From positions 7,542 through 71,541 of the forward strand of contig CAYNLA010000001.1 in assembly GCA_964397915.1 (NCBI GenBank): a DNA stretch of 64,000 bases. Reading direction: 5' to 3'. Shown one piece after another: positions 62,085-64,000 of the stretch. The notes beneath the pieces are model-generated. The model did not search any database. It saw only the letters and a list, made by a program, of their open reading frames with translations, and was not told the DNA's origin. The first letter of the stretch is position 1; the number at the start of each line of letters is the position of its first letter. Source of the stretch: an uncultured Polaribacter sp. (lineage in GTDB: Bacteria > Bacteroidota > Bacteroidia > Flavobacteriales > Schleiferiaceae). A program made the translations under genes and the position numbers.

Positions 62085-63056
62085 ATGAACTGGAAGTATT
62101 CCATTTTCGCCGTTGTAGGATTCATTTCAACCGCATGTGTTACAGATGAAACAACTGTAACTATCGGCTTTGGTAGCTGTAATGAGCCTAATCAAACGGA
62201 CCATCTACTACCAACGTTGAGTGCAGCATTGGACACCCTTGATACCTATATCTGGCTTGGTGACAATATCTACCTTCAAGACCAGCAGTGGGACAATTAC
62301 AAGAGCACAATGGAACGGTATAATGAGGTATTTGGATCTCCCGTATTTCAAGAGATCCTTGGTAAAACCCGACATTTAGCGATATGGGACGATCATGATG
62401 CGGGGCCAAACGATTGTGATTTGTCCACGTTTAGCGGATTTTCTACCACTATGCGGGCGTTTAAGGACTTCTGGCAGCCCTCTTATTACCAACCAGATTC
62501 CAATAGTTACTACGGCCGTACTACCCTCGCAGAAGGTCGTGTAGAGATTTACTTACTGGACAACCGTAGCTTTCGCACAGACAAGGACAGCTTTCATGCC
62601 ACTGTTTTTGGGGTTGAACAACTCAATTGGTTCCACAATACCCTGCAACAATCTACGGCAGAGGTACATTTAATCTGTATGGGCGGCCAACTTTTGAATA
62701 CCGCTCAAGTCTTTGAGAATATGAGCAACTATCCTCATGAGCGCGAAATACTCTTACAATGGCTTTCTGAGGCACCAGGAGCGCCGATTGTATTGACTGG
62801 AGACCGTCACAGCGGTGAAATTAATGCTATTGAAATCAATGGAAAGAAGATTGTAGAGGCATGTGCATCACCTATTACAGCCAATGCGCATCCCCATCAC
62901 GATGAAGAAAATACTACAAGGGTTCACGAGGGCACTACCGATACTCAACATTTTGGAACACTTCGTTTGAACTCGGAAAAGGGACAATGGAATATTTCCG
63001 TTTCATTAATAGACTCAGAAGGTGTTGCTTTGTTTCAATACAATTACGAGGTGTGA
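62085..63056 (+). CDS. PhoD-like phosphatase / metallophosphoesterase lipoprotein
   Basis: Lipobox FISTAC, WLGDNIYL, IWDDHDAGPND, LTGDRHSGE. ATG at 62085 preferred over the ORF start at 62001, which overlaps the divergent gene. Confidence 0.75.
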   Translation: MNWKYSIFAVVGFISTACVTDETTVTIGFGSCNEPNQTDHLLPTLSAALDTLDTYIWLGDNIYLQDQQWDNYKSTMERYNEVFGSPVFQEILGKTRHLAIWDDHDAGPNDCDLSTFSGFSTTMRAFKDFWQPSYYQPDSNSYYGRTTLAEGRVEIYLLDNRSFRTDKDSFHATVFGVEQLNWFHNTLQQSTAEVHLICMGGQLLNTAQVFENMSNYPHEREILLQWLSEAPGAPIVLTGDRHSGEINAIEINGKKIVEACASPITANAHPHHDEENTTRVHEGTTDTQHFGTLRLNSEKGQWNISVSLIDSEGVALFQYNYEV

Positions 63057-63058
63057 AA

Positions 63059-63091
63059 CAATTAATTAAAACAGTTTAATCAATTGTTTTT
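63059..63091 (+). terminator. AT-rich hairpin plus T-run after the PhoD-like gene
   Basis: CAATT-A-ATTAAA(63059-63070)/TTTAAT-C-AATTG(63075-63086) with one mismatch, followed by TTTTT. Confidence 0.35.
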
Positions 63092-63223
63092 CAATAGATT
63101 GAATATATTGTAATGAAGCAAGACTTTACTCAATATCTTATCCCTTAAAAGCACCGGAATCTTAAGCGAAATTTCATTTGAATTCTATTTTTGAAGTGTT
63201 TCAATTGTATTACATTTGTAACT

Positions 63224-63574
63224 ATGGAAGATGTAGTACACAGGATTCAAGAGTATATGGACCGAAATGGTCATAATGCGACCACATTGGCTAAAGCCAT
63301 TGGCATGAATCGCCCTACGCTTGTGCACATTTTAAACGGACGTAATAAACCGAACTTACAGCTGCTCCAACAATTGGCCTTATTCGATGCTGAATTGGAT
63401 CTACGTTACCTATTAACAGGGGTTAAAAGTGAAAACTCATCTCAAGTGCTTCCGCAAAAAGAATTGGACCTAGCCCCTCCCACTCCATTGGCGCAACCCG
63501 AAACAATGTCCTCCGAAAAACTGTTGGTATTAAATCCAAATGGCACTTGGAATAGCTATACTAAAGAAGCGTAA
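63224..63574 (+). CDS. XRE-type helix-turn-helix protein
   Basis: HTH NATTLAKAIGMNRPTLVHILNGRNKP. ATG at 63224 (MEDVVHRIQEY) preferred over 63191. Confidence 0.65.
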   Translation: MEDVVHRIQEYMDRNGHNATTLAKAIGMNRPTLVHILNGRNKPNLQLLQQLALFDAELDLRYLLTGVKSENSSQVLPQKELDLAPPTPLAQPETMSSEKLLVLNPNGTWNSYTKEA

Positions 63575-63606
63575 AGCGCGTATATTTGTACTGAATTCAC
63601 AGGACT

Positions 63607-64000
63607 ATGATTACAAAGAACAAAGTACTACTCGGTTTAATTATCGTTGCGTTCGTTTCACGAATTGCTCCACATTATCCAAACTTTACTGCAATGGGTG
63701 CTCTTGCATTCTTTGGTGCAACACGTACGAAGAACACTTGGGCTACACTTTCAATAGTTTTTGGTGTAATGATGCTTAGTGATTTAATCATCAACAACAT
63801 CGTTTATCCGACCGGTGAGTTTGTGCTGATGTATTCTGGCTCTTTGTTTACATATGCGGGATTCGCTGCATATGCCCTTCTTGGTAGATATGCATCAAAC
63901 GGAAAGAATACTGCTGGTCTGATGCTACTAGGCTCTTTAAGTTTCTTCCTCCTAAGTAACCTTGGCGTTTTCTTTAGCGCCTTTAGTTTATTTCCCCAGA
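63607..64000 (+). CDS. DUF6580-like polytopic membrane protein (putative transporter component); 3' end cut by window edge
   Basis: Own translation from ATG 63607: MITKNKVLLGLIIVAFVSRIAPHYPNFTAMGALAFFGATRTKNTWATLSIVFGVMMLSDLIINN... It is open to the window end. The listed ORF 63540-63779 is in another frame. Confidence 0.65.
   Translation, partial: MITKNKVLLGLIIVAFVSRIAPHYPNFTAMGALAFFGATRTKNTWATLSIVFGVMMLSDLIINNIVYPTGEFVLMYSGSLFTYAGFAAYALLGRYASNGKNTAGLMLLGSLSFFLLSNLGVFFSAFSLFPQ

Noticed and set aside
63540-63779. 79-aa ORF in the track after the HTH gene.
   Set aside because: It is Cys- and Asn-rich and has no motif. A different frame starting at ATG 63607 gives a coherent polytopic membrane protein that stays open to the window end.

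Overview
Densely coding chromosomal segment that looks like a Bacteroidota (Flavobacteriia-like) genome. The taxonomic call rests on a T9SS-type C-terminal sorting tail, a BatA N-terminal domain protein, a DUF4835 protein between coaBC and recN, a Bacteroidota-type rpoZ, and exact TAnnTTTG -7 promoter boxes. Most of the window is core housekeeping: a truncated 2-oxoacid dehydrogenase E1, purA, fur-like, relA/spoT, dnaA, ribD, prmC, ligA, dapA, bamD, rpoZ, coaBC, recN, fabI, prfC, clpC and gyrA. I found no rRNA, tRNA, CRISPR array, transposase or integrase. Three blocks stand out. (1) 28982-35714: a MerR regulator carrying both CarH-type adenosylcobalamin photoreceptor signatures, followed by an ECF sigma factor and a tightly packed crtI-crtB-idi-PTPS-folE-photolyase unit, which is a candidate light regulon. 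(2) 38012-43619 on the minus strand: a seven-gene, mostly 4-nt-overlapping operon of DUF456, a mini ABC ATPase, a MacB/FtsX-type permease, two tandem secreted paralogs sharing an FSSCFFCG motif, a BatA-N protein and a dihydroorotase-like protein with degenerate metal ligands. Its function is unknown, and this is my best candidate for an undescribed system. (3) 51902-57888 on the minus strand: a DNA-damage cassette of CI-like HTH/S24 repressor, Pol IV, SRAP and DnaE2, with a perfect 14-bp-stem hairpin, a perfect 12-bp palindrome in its divergent promoter, and a clamp-binding-like C-terminus on the SRAP protein. There is also an internally deleted, frameshifted LpxH-like metallophosphoesterase remnant at about 18709-19088. 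All functional calls come from motif and family recognition by eye. No database search was run.
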